A stretch of DNA of 64,000 nt from Candidatus Sericytochromatia bacterium (lineage in GTDB: Bacteria > Cyanobacteriota > Sericytochromatia > S15B-MN24 > UBA4093): contig JAKFBU010000073.1 of assembly GCA_036676985.1 (NCBI GenBank), positions 118,521 to 182,520 of the forward strand, in the 5' to 3' direction. This document shows positions 29,743 to 39,613 of the stretch, one piece after another. Made by a program: the position numbers and the translations under genes. Every line of letters begins with the position of its first letter. Position 1 is the first letter of the stretch. The notes under the pieces are model-generated. The model saw nothing but the letters and a program-made list of their open reading frames with translations. It ran no database searches and was not told where the DNA came from.

Positions 29743-31101
29743 TTACCCGACCAACAGAGGCTCTTCGGCATAGCGTAGCGTCGTCTTGCGGCGGGTCGTG
29801 AAGATGGCGAGCAGCACCGACAGCACGCCTACCCGGCCGATGATCATGCCCACGACCAAAACGACCTTGCTCACAGGTGACAGCTCGGCGGTGATGCCCA
29901 TCGAGAGGCCGACGTTCGCAAAGGCCGACACCGTCTCGAAGACGATGGCGAGGAAGGCGTGCGGCTCGATGGTCGTGAGGAAGCCCGTGATGAGCACGAT
30001 CGCGGCCGTCGTGAGGACGAGGACCGTGACGGCCCGAAAGACCAGGCGATGACCGATGCGGCGCCGGAAGTAGTAGAGGTTGATGTCGTCCTGCCCTCGG
30101 AGCGAGGCCAGGATGGCCGCCCACACCACGGCGATGGTCGTCACCTTGACGCCGCTCGCCGTGCTGCCCGGCCCCCCGCCGACGAACATGAGCAGGATGG
30201 TGATCAGCAGGCTCGCCTCGCTCATGGCCCCGACGTCGATGCTGTTGAGGCCGCCCGAGCGCGGCTGGGCCGCCATGAAGAGCGAGTTGACGAGCTGCAG
30301 GTCCCAGGACAGCGGACCAAGCGTCCGGGGATTGAAGGCCTCGCTCACCCAGTAGAGCAAGGTCGCCAGGACCAGCAGCACCGCCGTCCAGCTCACGACG
30401 ATCCCGATGAGCAGGTTCCAGCGGGGGTTCGGCGGCCGCCGCAGGAGGTGGCGGTTGACCAGCTCGCGGTTGACGTTGAAGCCGAGCCCCGCCACGACCA
30501 CCAAGAGGGTCAGCACCAGGAGCATGTAGGCATGGGACTGCCAGCGCACGGCCCCTTCAGGAAACAGGGCGAATCCGCCGTTGGTGAAGGCCGCCACCGA
30601 CTGGAACAGGGCGACGTAGGCGCCTTGTCGCCAGCCGAACTCGGGGACGGTCACCGGCAGCATCAGGACGAACCCGATGGCCTGCATGGCCAACGAGAAG
30701 CGCACGATGCTCTTCACGAAGCTGACGAGCCCCGACATGCCGGGCTGATCGAGCGCCTCTTGCAGGTTGAGGCGATCGCGCAGGGCCATGCGCCGGCCGA
30801 TGGCCACCATGCCGAGGGTGAAGACCGTCATGTAGCCCAGTCCCCCCACCTCCATGAGCGCCATGAGCATGACCTGGCCGAGGGCCGAGTAGCGCGTGGA
30901 CGGATCGAGCGTAGCCAGCCCCGTGGTCGTGAGCGCCGAGGCCGCCATGAACAGGTCGTCGTACCACGCATGCGGCCCGCCCCGGTGCGCGGCCGGCAAG
31001 CCGAGCAGGAAGGAGCCCACGAGCGTGAGGACCGTGTAGCCAATGATGACGATCTGAAAGGCGTTCAGGGAGCGCGCCGGATGGCCTGGGGCGAGGCTCA
31101 T
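29743..31101 (-). CDS. ktrB: Ktr/Trk potassium uptake membrane subunit
   Basis: Four P-loop repeats (SALTTTGL, AAFTNGGF, PRSGGLN, SAFANVGLS); GGGPGSTASGVK. Confidence 0.88.
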   Translation of the reverse strand: MSLAPGHPARSLNAFQIVIIGYTVLTLVGSFLLGLPAAHRGGPHAWYDDLFMAASALTTTGLATLDPSTRYSALGQVMLMALMEVGGLGYMTVFTLGMVAIGRRMALRDRLNLQEALDQPGMSGLVSFVKSIVRFSLAMQAIGFVLMLPVTVPEFGWRQGAYVALFQSVAAFTNGGFALFPEGAVRWQSHAYMLLVLTLLVVVAGLGFNVNRELVNRHLLRRPPNPRWNLLIGIVVSWTAVLLVLATLLYWVSEAFNPRTLGPLSWDLQLVNSLFMAAQPRSGGLNSIDVGAMSEASLLITILLMFVGGGPGSTASGVKVTTIAVVWAAILASLRGQDDINLYYFRRRIGHRLVFRAVTVLVLTTAAIVLITGFLTTIEPHAFLAIVFETVSAFANVGLSMGITAELSPVSKVVLVVGMIIGRVGVLSVLLAIFTTRRKTTLRYAEEPLLVG

Positions 31102-31104
31102 GGG

Positions 31105-31767
31105 CTACCGCTGGAGGGCCCGCAGGCGCTCGTTGGTCCCGATCACGGCGAGCAAGTCGCCGGGCTGGATGCGATCGTTTCGCAAGGGGGCGATGTTCAC
31201 GCCCCCCTTGCCCTTGATGGCGATCACCGTGACGCCGAAGCGACCACGGATGTCCGCCTCGCCGAGCGACATGCCGTAGACCTCGGGCGGGGCGGGCACC
31301 TCCGCGATGCTGTACTCGGGATCAAGCTCGATGGCCTCGAGGATGGCCGTTCCTCCCAGGGCGTTCGCCACCCGCTCACCCATCATCGCCTCGGGGTAGA
31401 CCACCTGTAGGCTCTCCCCGCCGACCCGCTTCAGCACCTTCCCGTAATTCTCATAGGCGGCCTTGGCCACGATCCGCGGGATCCCGAGCTCGATGAGGTT
31501 CAGGACCGTCAGGACGCTCGCCTCCAGGTTGGTGCCGATGGCGAGCACCACCGCGTCCATGCCGCGGAGGCCCGCCTCCTCCAAGGAGCGCATGTCCGTC
31601 GAGTCCGCCTGCATGACGTGCGTGGCGATGCCCTCGGCATGGGCCGTGCGGACCTCGTCCTCGCTTGCGTCCATGCCGAGCACCTCATGGCCCTGGAGGG
31701 CCAGCGTGCGGCATACGGCCCGGCCGAAGCGTCCCAAGCCAATCACGGCGAATTGCTTGCGTTGCAT
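31105..31767 (-). CDS. ktrA: Ktr/Trk potassium uptake RCK subunit
   Basis: AVIGLGRFG, VVYPE..MG.RVA, TrkA-C domain. Confidence 0.9.
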   Translation of the reverse strand: MQRKQFAVIGLGRFGRAVCRTLALQGHEVLGMDASEDEVRTAHAEGIATHVMQADSTDMRSLEEAGLRGMDAVVLAIGTNLEASVLTVLNLIELGIPRIVAKAAYENYGKVLKRVGGESLQVVYPEAMMGERVANALGGTAILEAIELDPEYSIAEVPAPPEVYGMSLGEADIRGRFGVTVIAIKGKGGVNIAPLRNDRIQPGDLLAVIGTNERLRALQR

Positions 31768-31954
31768 GCGTCCCTCGAAGTATCTGCTCGCCAGGCCCCA
31801 ATGGTATCAGACGGCCGACGGGTCGGCGAGTAAGAGACAAGAGCGGCCGCGCATCACAGAAGCTTCACACGAAACCTGGCAGCAGGGCCACTCGACCAGA
31901 AGGCGGGCGGGAATATAAAGGAGCAAGGGTCATGACATCATGCGAAGGGGAACC

Positions 31955-33160
31955 ATGCGGGACGAGGACATGACGCGCGAGGAACTGCTCGCCGAGCTCG
32001 CCGCGACCCGGGCCGAGCTGCACCGGGCGCACGACGAGAGCGCGCGGATCATGCGGCTGGTGCCGGCCGCCATGATCTACGTGGATCGCCAGAGCATCGT
32101 GCGCTGGGCCAACGCCGAGTATGGCCACCTCCTGAGGCTGCCCCAGGAGCAGGTGGTGGGCAGGTCCATCTACGACGTCCTGACCACGGTCGAGCGGCCC
32201 AGCCCACGCCTCGAGGGCGTCTTCCAGACCGGGCAACCCTTCCTCGCCAAGGGGCTGCTCATCCCGGACGACCAGGATGGCGTGCGGACCGATCGCTACT
32301 ACGACGTGACCTACCTGCCCACCAAGGGGCCCGACGACGAGGTGCAGGGCGTCTTCCTCTTCGGCACCGAGGTGACGGACCGCGTCCAGGACGAGCACGA
32401 GCAGGCCGAGCGCATCGCCCAGCTCCAGGAGCTCGACCGGCTCAAGGGCGACTTCATCAACACCGCCTCCCACGAGCTGCGCACCCCCCTCACCTCCATC
32501 ATGGGCTACGCCGAGTTCCTCGAGGACGAGCTGGGCGGCCCCTTGACCCCCGAGCAGTCGGCCTTCGTCCACCAGATCCAGCTCGGCGTCCGGCGGCTGG
32601 GACGCATCGTGGACGACCTCTTGGACTTCGCGCGCATGGAGGCCGGCACCTTCGGACTCGCCAAGGTCGAGGCGGATCTCGGCCAGCTCATGCGCGACGA
32701 AGTCGAGAGCCTCCGCCCCCAGGCCAGCATCGCGGGCGTCGGGCTGGAGTGCGCGGACGACGGCGAACCGAAGGTCATGATGGACCCCAAGCGGATCGGC
32801 CAGGTGCTCCTGAACCTCCTGGGCAACGCCATCAAGTTCACGCCCTGCGGCGGCAAGGTGCAAGCCCGCCTGCTCGCCGAGGACGAGTGGGTCCGCATCG
32901 AGGTCGTGGACACCGGCATCGGCCTGTCGCCCGAGCACCAGGAGCGGGTCTTCGAGAAGTTCTTCCAGGTGGATCCGAGCACCACCCGCACCCACGGCGG
33001 GGCGGGGCTGGGGCTTGCGATCGCCCGTGCCCTCGTCGAGGCCCATGGCGGCCAGATCGGCGTCGATAGCCTGCCAGGCGAGGGCAGCACCTTCTGGTTC
33101 CGGCTCCCCGCCCGGCGCGTTCCCACCGCGCCCCCGCCCATGGCGCTGCAGCAGGGCTAG
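31955..33160 (+). CDS. PAS domain sensor histidine kinase
   Basis: PAS_4-like N-terminus; SHELRTPL, NAIKF, DTGIG, GAGLGL. Confidence 0.92.
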   Translation: MRDEDMTREELLAELAATRAELHRAHDESARIMRLVPAAMIYVDRQSIVRWANAEYGHLLRLPQEQVVGRSIYDVLTTVERPSPRLEGVFQTGQPFLAKGLLIPDDQDGVRTDRYYDVTYLPTKGPDDEVQGVFLFGTEVTDRVQDEHEQAERIAQLQELDRLKGDFINTASHELRTPLTSIMGYAEFLEDELGGPLTPEQSAFVHQIQLGVRRLGRIVDDLLDFARMEAGTFGLAKVEADLGQLMRDEVESLRPQASIAGVGLECADDGEPKVMMDPKRIGQVLLNLLGNAIKFTPCGGKVQARLLAEDEWVRIEVVDTGIGLSPEHQERVFEKFFQVDPSTTRTHGGAGLGLAIARALVEAHGGQIGVDSLPGEGSTFWFRLPARRVPTAPPPMALQQG

Positions 33161-34134
33161 AAGGTGTAGCGCACCCCGAGGCCGCTCAGGCCGTCGCCGC
33201 GCGGGTGCCAGTTGGCCACGGCGAAGTCCAACACGTCGTAGTAGACATGGGCCGCGATGGGCTTGGTCATGTCGTAGCCGCTCGCCTGGTACAGGTAGCC
33301 CAGGAGCAGCTCCGCGATGAGCGGCGTGCCCACCTGACGGACATCCGTGCGCCAGCCGGCGTTGCGGTAGTGCAGGAGGCCCACGAAGACCGACGTGACG
33401 CCGAGGCTGCCCCAGGGTCCCATGTGACGCTCCAGCTCGTCCTGGACCAGGCCGCGGAACAGCACCTCCTCGCCCACCCCGGGCTGCAGGGAGAGAAGGG
33501 AGGTCCCGAGCGTGTCCACGGCGTAGCCCACCATGGGGGAGATGGGCTGAGAGCCGAGGGACGTCGCGCGCGCCGCGAGCACGGAGGGGACCCGCAGCGT
33601 CTCGGGCTCGAAGAGGGCGCGCATGAGCCAGGTCTCGACGAGGCCGAGCCCCACCACCGCCCAGACCCGCCAGTCGCTCCAGCTCTCCGCCAGAAAGGGG
33701 GCTGCCACGAGCTCCTCGGCCGTGCGGACCTTGAGGGGCTGCGGAAAGCCGCGGTTGTCCGTGAGCCGCCGGGCCTCCTGGTAGCTCGTGTACATCTGCA
33801 GCCACCAGAGCTTGACGGCTGTTGTCGCGAAAGCCGACTGCCGGTTCTCGAGGTCGAACAGCCCCATGCGCGGGTCGGGGGCGTAGTAGCCGCGCAGGTC
33901 GGGGGGCAGGATGGGCGGCACGCGCAAGACCGCGAGCGTGGTCGGCACGGCCATGGCCCCGAGGGTGCGCGCGGCCGCCTCGGGCTGACCGAGCAGCACG
34001 TAGCCCATGCCTGGCAAGAGGGCGGCTCCTGCCGCCTGCAGGGGCAGCCAGTTGGGATCGGCGGCCTCCGCGGCCCGCACAGGGGCGCTTCCGAGCATGA
34101 GCGCCGCCAGCAGCGCGGCCGTCCCGCGTCTCAT
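33157..34134 (-). CDS. CPBP family intramembrane glutamic endopeptidase with signal peptide
   Basis: EEVLFRG, F...LH, AAHVYYD motifs; C-terminus GLGVRYTF. Confidence 0.75.
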   Translation of the reverse strand: MRRGTAALLAALMLGSAPVRAAEAADPNWLPLQAAGAALLPGMGYVLLGQPEAAARTLGAMAVPTTLAVLRVPPILPPDLRGYYAPDPRMGLFDLENRQSAFATTAVKLWWLQMYTSYQEARRLTDNRGFPQPLKVRTAEELVAAPFLAESWSDWRVWAVVGLGLVETWLMRALFEPETLRVPSVLAARATSLGSQPISPMVGYAVDTLGTSLLSLQPGVGEEVLFRGLVQDELERHMGPWGSLGVTSVFVGLLHYRNAGWRTDVRQVGTPLIAELLLGYLYQASGYDMTKPIAAHVYYDVLDFAVANWHPRGDGLSGLGVRYTF

Positions 34135-34347
34135 TTGCCTGAAACCGAGGCGTGACAAGGCCTGCTCCTCTCCCCTGACAGCCATCCATTGGCTACTTAC
34201 CCGCTGGACCATGCTTCATGTCGTTTGGGCGTCTTGCCCCATGGCCATAGGCCATTTCGGAGGGCTGAAATGGCGTAAAGAAGCCTATTTTAGGGTATAA
34301 GACCTACCGCCGTCGCTCCTTCGACGGAAGGCAAGAAAGGACCTCGT

Positions 34348-35274
34348 TTGATTCGTTTTCGGATTTTCGGCCCCCTCGCCCTCGCCCTGGGGCTCACGTC
34401 CCTGGCGGCCGCGCCCTCCACGGCGGGCAACCAGCACTCCTTCGCCCTGCGCGGCCTGGCCCGCAACGTGACCATGCTGACGGTGGCCCCGGGCGCCGTC
34501 GTGCCCCTCGCGGCCCTGGACCCGGCCACCGGCCGGAGCGTCGCCATCGACTGGACGGCCGCGGACGGCGACCTCGTCCGCTCCGGCCGCGACACGTCCT
34601 GGCGGGCCCCGGCGAAGACCGGCGTCTATCGGCTGGTCGGAGCGGCGCAGGTGGGCGATCGCCGCTACCAAGAGACGTTCACGGCCTTCGTGACCGTCCC
34701 GGTCGAGCAGGCCAAGAGCGGCTACATCAACGGGTACCGCGTCGGCCGCTACCCGGCCCTGACGGCGGGCGTGAGCCGCGGCGCCCGCGCGGCGGCCCTC
34801 ATGCCCGCGGGCTTCATCAAGCTCGACGCCCGCAGCGCCAAGATGCCCGTGAGCCGCTCCTTTACGCTCGGCCAGTTCGCCGTCAAGGACGGCCCGCGCT
34901 CCGAAAAGTTCATGCTGCTCAGCCCGACCTTGATCGAGAAGCTCGAGACCCTCGTCGACGAGCTGAACGCGGCGGGCTACCCCGCGGACGGCCTGCGGAT
35001 CATGAGCGGCTATCGGACGCCCGCCTACAACTCCGGCATCGGCAACAAGACGAGCCTGAGCCGCCACACGTACGGCGACGCCGCCGACGTGCTCGCGGAC
35101 GACTGGGACCGGGACGGGCGCATCACCAAGAAGGACGCCCAGATCCTGTACCGGATCGCCGACAAGCTGGATCGCAAGACCCACCTGAAGGGCGGACTCT
35201 CGCTCTATGCGCCCACCTCCGCCCACAGCTGGTTCGTGCACGTCGACACGCGCGGCAAACTCGCTCGTTGGTAG
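34348..35274 (+). CDS. Secreted peptidase M15A (D-Ala-D-Ala carboxypeptidase-like)
   Basis: Signal peptide; SGYRTP.YN, SRH.YGDAAD, FVHVD.RG. Confidence 0.85.
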   Translation: MIRFRIFGPLALALGLTSLAAAPSTAGNQHSFALRGLARNVTMLTVAPGAVVPLAALDPATGRSVAIDWTAADGDLVRSGRDTSWRAPAKTGVYRLVGAAQVGDRRYQETFTAFVTVPVEQAKSGYINGYRVGRYPALTAGVSRGARAAALMPAGFIKLDARSAKMPVSRSFTLGQFAVKDGPRSEKFMLLSPTLIEKLETLVDELNAAGYPADGLRIMSGYRTPAYNSGIGNKTSLSRHTYGDAADVLADDWDRDGRITKKDAQILYRIADKLDRKTHLKGGLSLYAPTSAHSWFVHVDTRGKLARW

Positions 35275-35337
35275 CCCCAAGACGGCGTTGTATCATAGGG
35301 CCATCCGCTCCCCGTTTGGGTGAACAAGGATGGTCCT

Positions 35338-36297
35338 ATGTTCGGATGGATCGCCGGCCTCGCCGTGGCCGGCCTGACCTTGGCGGCGGCACCGGCCGTC
35401 GGTGCCCAGGGGCTTCCGACCATGGTGGGGCAGGAATGGATCTACCAGGTCCGAGCCGAGGACACGCTTAGCCGGATCGCAGGCCGTCACAACCTGTCTC
35501 CCCGCGTGGTCCGGGGCCTGAACGGCCTCAAACCCGGGACCCGGCTGAAGCCGGGCCAGTCCCTCCGGCTGAGCACGCGCCGGATCGTGCCGCCTGCCGC
35601 CAGCGCCGCCATCGTCATCAACATCCCCGACCTGCACCTCTACCACTTCCGGGATGGCCGGCTCGCCGGCTGGTACCCGGTCGCGCTCGGGCAGCCCTTC
35701 GACACCAAGTACGAGCCCGATCCCAAGCGCTGGCAGACGCCCACCGGCAGCTTCAAGATCGCCGAGAAGCGCGAGAATCCCGTCTGGCGGGTGCCCAAGT
35801 CGATCCAGGAAGAGATGGCGGCCGAGGGCAAGACGGTCTACGAGCGCATGCCGCCCGGCCCCGAGAATCCGCTCGGTAAATTCTGGATCGGCCTCTCCAA
35901 GTGGGGCTACGGCATCCACGGCACGATCGCCCCCTCGAGCGTCGGCCGCTACAAGACGCACGGGTGCGTGCGCATGAAGCCCGAGCACATCGACCGGGTC
36001 TTCGGCGGCGTCCAGGTGGGGCAGGCGGTCCGGATCGTCTACGAGCCCGTCATGGTGCTCACGCGGGGGGACGAAGTCTGGTTGCAGGTCTCTCCCGACA
36101 GCTACCGAAAGGTCTCGGACCTGCGCACCCTTACCCGCCGGAAGCTCCAGAGCGCCGGCCTGACGGGCCGCGTCGACCTCAAGCGGGTGGACCAGGTGGC
36201 CAAGGATCGCTGGGGCATCGCCATCCGGGTGGATCCGCAGGCGCTGCCTCCCCTTCCGCCCGCGACCCCGTCGGCCGCTCCCCCCGAACGGCTCTAG
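35338..36297 (+). CDS. LysM domain L,D-transpeptidase (ErfK/YkuD family)
   Basis: Signal peptide; LysM YQV..EDTL..IA; PPGPENPLG, GIHGT, THGCVRM. Confidence 0.92.
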   Translation: MFGWIAGLAVAGLTLAAAPAVGAQGLPTMVGQEWIYQVRAEDTLSRIAGRHNLSPRVVRGLNGLKPGTRLKPGQSLRLSTRRIVPPAASAAIVINIPDLHLYHFRDGRLAGWYPVALGQPFDTKYEPDPKRWQTPTGSFKIAEKRENPVWRVPKSIQEEMAAEGKTVYERMPPGPENPLGKFWIGLSKWGYGIHGTIAPSSVGRYKTHGCVRMKPEHIDRVFGGVQVGQAVRIVYEPVMVLTRGDEVWLQVSPDSYRKVSDLRTLTRRKLQSAGLTGRVDLKRVDQVAKDRWGIAIRVDPQALPPLPPATPSAAPPERL

Positions 36298-36451
36298 CCT
36301 GGCGGAGCGGCGCCCCGGCGTACCCGCCCAGACGCCGTCGGGGCTCGCGTTGCGACGGCCCGGGCAACATGCCGGTGACGTCGACGCAACATGCGCGCAA
36401 TCTTTCTCCGCCACAATACCTGCTTGTATGCTCATGCAACGAGGTGCCCCC

Positions 36452-36631
36452 ATGGTGGAGGCAAATGCGCCCGTATGCCCTGATTGCCAGGGACCGCTCC
36501 TGGTGGTCTTCCGTGCCGGCTACTTCTGCCGGCACTGCGAGATCGCCATCTCGGTCTCCGACGGGTGGGCCCACATCCTCGGACCGTCGCTCATGGAGCG
36601 CCGTATCCCAGTCCGACCGCCCGCCCCCTGA
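36452..36631 (+). CDS. Small zinc-ribbon protein (59 aa)
   Basis: GAGGTG + ATG; CPDC...CRHC. Confidence 0.55.
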   Translation: MVEANAPVCPDCQGPLLVVFRAGYFCRHCEIAISVSDGWAHILGPSLMERRIPVRPPAP

Positions 36632-36779
36632 GGATCCGGGCCCCTTGGGACGTTCCGTAAAACCTACGCTCGTATGCTCGAGCGGCGCTGCGTATCATGT
36701 TGTGAATGACATCACAGCACCGTCGTCGTCGGCGCTCTACGATGCAGAGGTTCATCACGAAACGTTACAGGAGGTCGCC

Positions 36780-36914
36780 ATGGGATGTGACAAGTGCGGA
36801 AGGCAGATGCCCCTGATCTCGACCATCGAGGACACCCCAGCCCAGCCGCTCCGGGTCTTCGAGTGCAGCCCCTGCGCCCGCGGCATCATCGTCGAGGCGG
36901 CCGCGGCGGCCTAG
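36780..36914 (+). CDS. Small zinc-ribbon protein (44 aa)
   Basis: AGGAGGT + ATG; MGCDKC...FECSPC; ends AAAAA. Confidence 0.65.
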   Translation: MGCDKCGRQMPLISTIEDTPAQPLRVFECSPCARGIIVEAAAAA

Positions 36915-36948
36915 GGTGCCCACTATTTGGTCGTTTCTTTCGGAAAAC

Positions 36949-36991
36949 TTTACCTCACGTTTACCTTTCCGGCGCCCGAGTCCGCGATAAC
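36949..36991 (+). promoter_or_regulatory. Shared upstream motif TTTAC-N6-TTTAC-N21-GATAAC (site D)
   Basis: Same layout as sites A-C; shares CGCGATAACTCCC with site C. Confidence 0.5.
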
Positions 36992-37031
36992 TCCCTGAGA
37001 GGCCCCGCCACCTCCACGAAGGGAAAAGCCC

Positions 37032-38378
37032 GTGGCTCGACCGTCGCCCGCCATCCGGCTCCTCGCCGGCACCCTGCTCCTTGCTAGCCTGCTTACGGGC
37101 TGCGGCGCTCCGGGCGCCCCGGTCTCCCCGGGTCCCGACGGTGGGCTGGAGGCCACGGCGGACACGCCGCATGTGGCGGACGACATCGCCAAGCACCGGC
37201 TCCAGGAGACGCCCGAGGGCGTCCTGGTCCGTCAGCTGCCCGATCCGAGGCGCGAGAAGAAGGCCACCATCCTCTCCTACCGCGCCATGGACAACGACCT
37301 CTCGGGAGCCCTGAAGCCCCACCTCAACGACCTCGAGGCCGCCGGATCCTCCACCTACGCCAACGTCCTCTCCCTGTCGGACTCGAGCGCGCAGGACGAC
37401 TCGTACCTGCACTACCTCGTCCAGGACCGGAGCAGCAAACTGGTGTCGCCCTACATGTGGGCCCCGGACGCGCTCGGCATGTCGACCAAGACCCAGCCGC
37501 TCAAGGAAGTGAACACCGCCGATCCGCGCACGCTCGAGACCTTCGTCGGCTGGGGCTTCCGCTCTTATCCCGGACGCTTCAAGGTGCTCGACGTGGCGAG
37601 CCACGGCAGCGGCTACCAGGGCATGTGCATGGACTACACGTCCAACTACGAGCAGATGGCCCTGCCCGCCTTCGCGCAGGCCGTCAAGAGCGGACTCAAG
37701 GGCCGCAAGCTGGACGTCCTCAACCTGCTCGCCTGCCTCATGGCCACCGTCGAGGTCGGCTACGAGTTCCGGGACGCGGCCGAGGTCATGGTCGCGAGCG
37801 AGGACCTGCTCATGGGCGGCCGGGTGATGGTCTACGGCAGCTCCTTCGGCAAGCTCGCCGCACGCACCGACTGGGATCGAGCCGATGCCAGGGTCGTGGC
37901 CAAGCAACTGGTCGCCGACGCCCAACCCCAGGTGCCGAGCTCCGGGGCGTACACGCTCTCGGCCATCGACCTGGCCCGGATTGCCGAGGTCAAGCGCGGG
38001 CTCAACGTCCTCTCCAACGCCCTCTTGACCCACTTCGAGCCCCACCGGGGCGAAATCCTCGCGGCCTACGACGCCGTACCGGTGCTGCGCAAGGACAAGG
38101 GCCAGAGCAGCCACCGGGACCTGGTGCGCTTTTGCCGCAACCTGCAGGACATGGTCACCCACCCCGAGGTCCGGCAAGCCGCCAAGGAACTGGAGGCGGT
38201 CTGCGGCGAGGCGATCCTCGTCTCGCGCGCCAAGAAGATGGAGCAGGGCGCGGCCTTCGGGCTCTCCGTGTACCTGCCCGATCCGCACGAGGAGTTCAAC
38301 CAGGCCTATCGGCAGACGCGCCTGGCGCGCGAGTCCGCCTGGGACGAGTTCCTGCTCGCGGTGAAGGCGAGCCGCTGA
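37032..38378 (+). CDS. Clostripain-related (C11) cysteine peptidase, lipoprotein
   Basis: Lipobox LTGC; DNDL, catalytic SHGSG and ACLMA..EV.YE, ASE, TLSAIDL, GLSVYLP. Confidence 0.88.
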   Translation: MARPSPAIRLLAGTLLLASLLTGCGAPGAPVSPGPDGGLEATADTPHVADDIAKHRLQETPEGVLVRQLPDPRREKKATILSYRAMDNDLSGALKPHLNDLEAAGSSTYANVLSLSDSSAQDDSYLHYLVQDRSSKLVSPYMWAPDALGMSTKTQPLKEVNTADPRTLETFVGWGFRSYPGRFKVLDVASHGSGYQGMCMDYTSNYEQMALPAFAQAVKSGLKGRKLDVLNLLACLMATVEVGYEFRDAAEVMVASEDLLMGGRVMVYGSSFGKLAARTDWDRADARVVAKQLVADAQPQVPSSGAYTLSAIDLARIAEVKRGLNVLSNALLTHFEPHRGEILAAYDAVPVLRKDKGQSSHRDLVRFCRNLQDMVTHPEVRQAAKELEAVCGEAILVSRAKKMEQGAAFGLSVYLPDPHEEFNQAYRQTRLARESAWDEFLLAVKASR

Positions 38379-38441
38379 CGACAAAGCAAGCTTGCCCGGG
38401 TATAAGATGAAGGCCTCATCGTTCGCCCCTAGGAGTGCTCC

Positions 38442-39395
38442 TTGCGGTACGCGCTCATTTCCACGCCCCTGCCTGGCTACAAGAAGCGGCGGTTCCGCCT
38501 CATGCGGATCGCCTCGCGGGTGATCGCCGCCGGCATCGTGGCAGCCCTGGGGCTCACGGCCTACGTCGACTGGCAGGTCTCATCGGCGCTCATGCACCCG
38601 AGTCCCTTCGCCAACCCCGACTCACCGGACCGCTACGGTCTCTCCTACCGCTCGATCGACATCCGCTCCCCGCGTCTGACCGCTCCCCTCAAGGGCTGGC
38701 TGTTCGAGAACCCGCAGGCCGGGGGGCGCGCGGTGTTGTTCCTGCATGGCTGGCGCAGCCACAAGGAGCACATGCTCAAGGACTACGTGAGCTGGCTGGC
38801 ACGCCGCTACACGGTCCTTGCCTTCGACCACCCGAACCATGGCCAGAGCCCGGCGGGCCCGACCACGCTGGGGGATCTCGAGCAGGTGGATGCCGCGGCG
38901 GCGCTCGCGGAGCTGCGGCGACGCGGCTACGGGCGCCTCGGGGTCATGGGCGTCTCCATGGGCGGGACGACGGCCATCGGGCTCGCGGCGTCAGCCAAGG
39001 ACCTCAAGGCCATTGTGAGCGAGGGGACGTACGCGTCACCCCCGGGTGCTTCGCTCGGCTATTTCAAGAATCACGGGTTCGTGATGCCCGAGTGGCTGGC
39101 GTTTACGACCGCGAGCATGCTCTCGGCCCGGACGGGCCGTAACCTGTGGGACGCCAGTGCCGAGCGCCACATCGCCGCGCTGGCTCCTCGGCCGGTGCTG
39201 CTCATCCACGGCACCCGGGACTCGGTGGTCCTGCCGGGCAATGCCCATCGGTTGCATGCGCTCGCCAAGGAGCCGCGCGAGCTCTGGATGGTGCCGGAGG
39301 CGGACCACGTCTCCGATCCGGTCAAGGGGCCCCATGCGCTGCGTCCGGCCGAGTACGAGCGCAAGGTTCTGGGGTTCTTCGACCGGACGCTCTAG
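38442..39395 (+). CDS. Membrane-anchored alpha/beta hydrolase
   Basis: N-terminal TM; LHGW, GVSMGG, IHGTRD, ADH. Confidence 0.88.
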   Translation: MRYALISTPLPGYKKRRFRLMRIASRVIAAGIVAALGLTAYVDWQVSSALMHPSPFANPDSPDRYGLSYRSIDIRSPRLTAPLKGWLFENPQAGGRAVLFLHGWRSHKEHMLKDYVSWLARRYTVLAFDHPNHGQSPAGPTTLGDLEQVDAAAALAELRRRGYGRLGVMGVSMGGTTAIGLAASAKDLKAIVSEGTYASPPGASLGYFKNHGFVMPEWLAFTTASMLSARTGRNLWDASAERHIAALAPRPVLLIHGTRDSVVLPGNAHRLHALAKEPRELWMVPEADHVSDPVKGPHALRPAEYERKVLGFFDRTL

Positions 39396-39428
39396 CGCTT
39401 TGAGCATGCCACCTGAGGCCTCATGCAC

Positions 39429-39592
39429 TAAAGGAACCGTTCATCTTTCGACCAGGCTCAAGACGAACGGATGTGTTGTCGGTACAGCGTTGGCTATGCT
39501 TGTAACTGGCCTTTAACCAGAGCCAACGCTCACTCGAGCCCCACGACAATCCGTTCACATTGAGCCTGGTCGAAATGCGAACGGTTCCTTTA
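39429..39592. repeat. Long nested palindromic element (REPIN/MITE-like)
   Basis: Arms TAAAGGAACCGTTC..TTTCGACCAGGCTCAA..GAACGGAT pair with 39549-39592; inner AGCGTTGGCT/AGCCAACGCT; one arm recurs at 57597-57640. Confidence 0.75.
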
Positions 39593-39613
39593 AGAAACAG
39601 GTCCCACAGCCGC

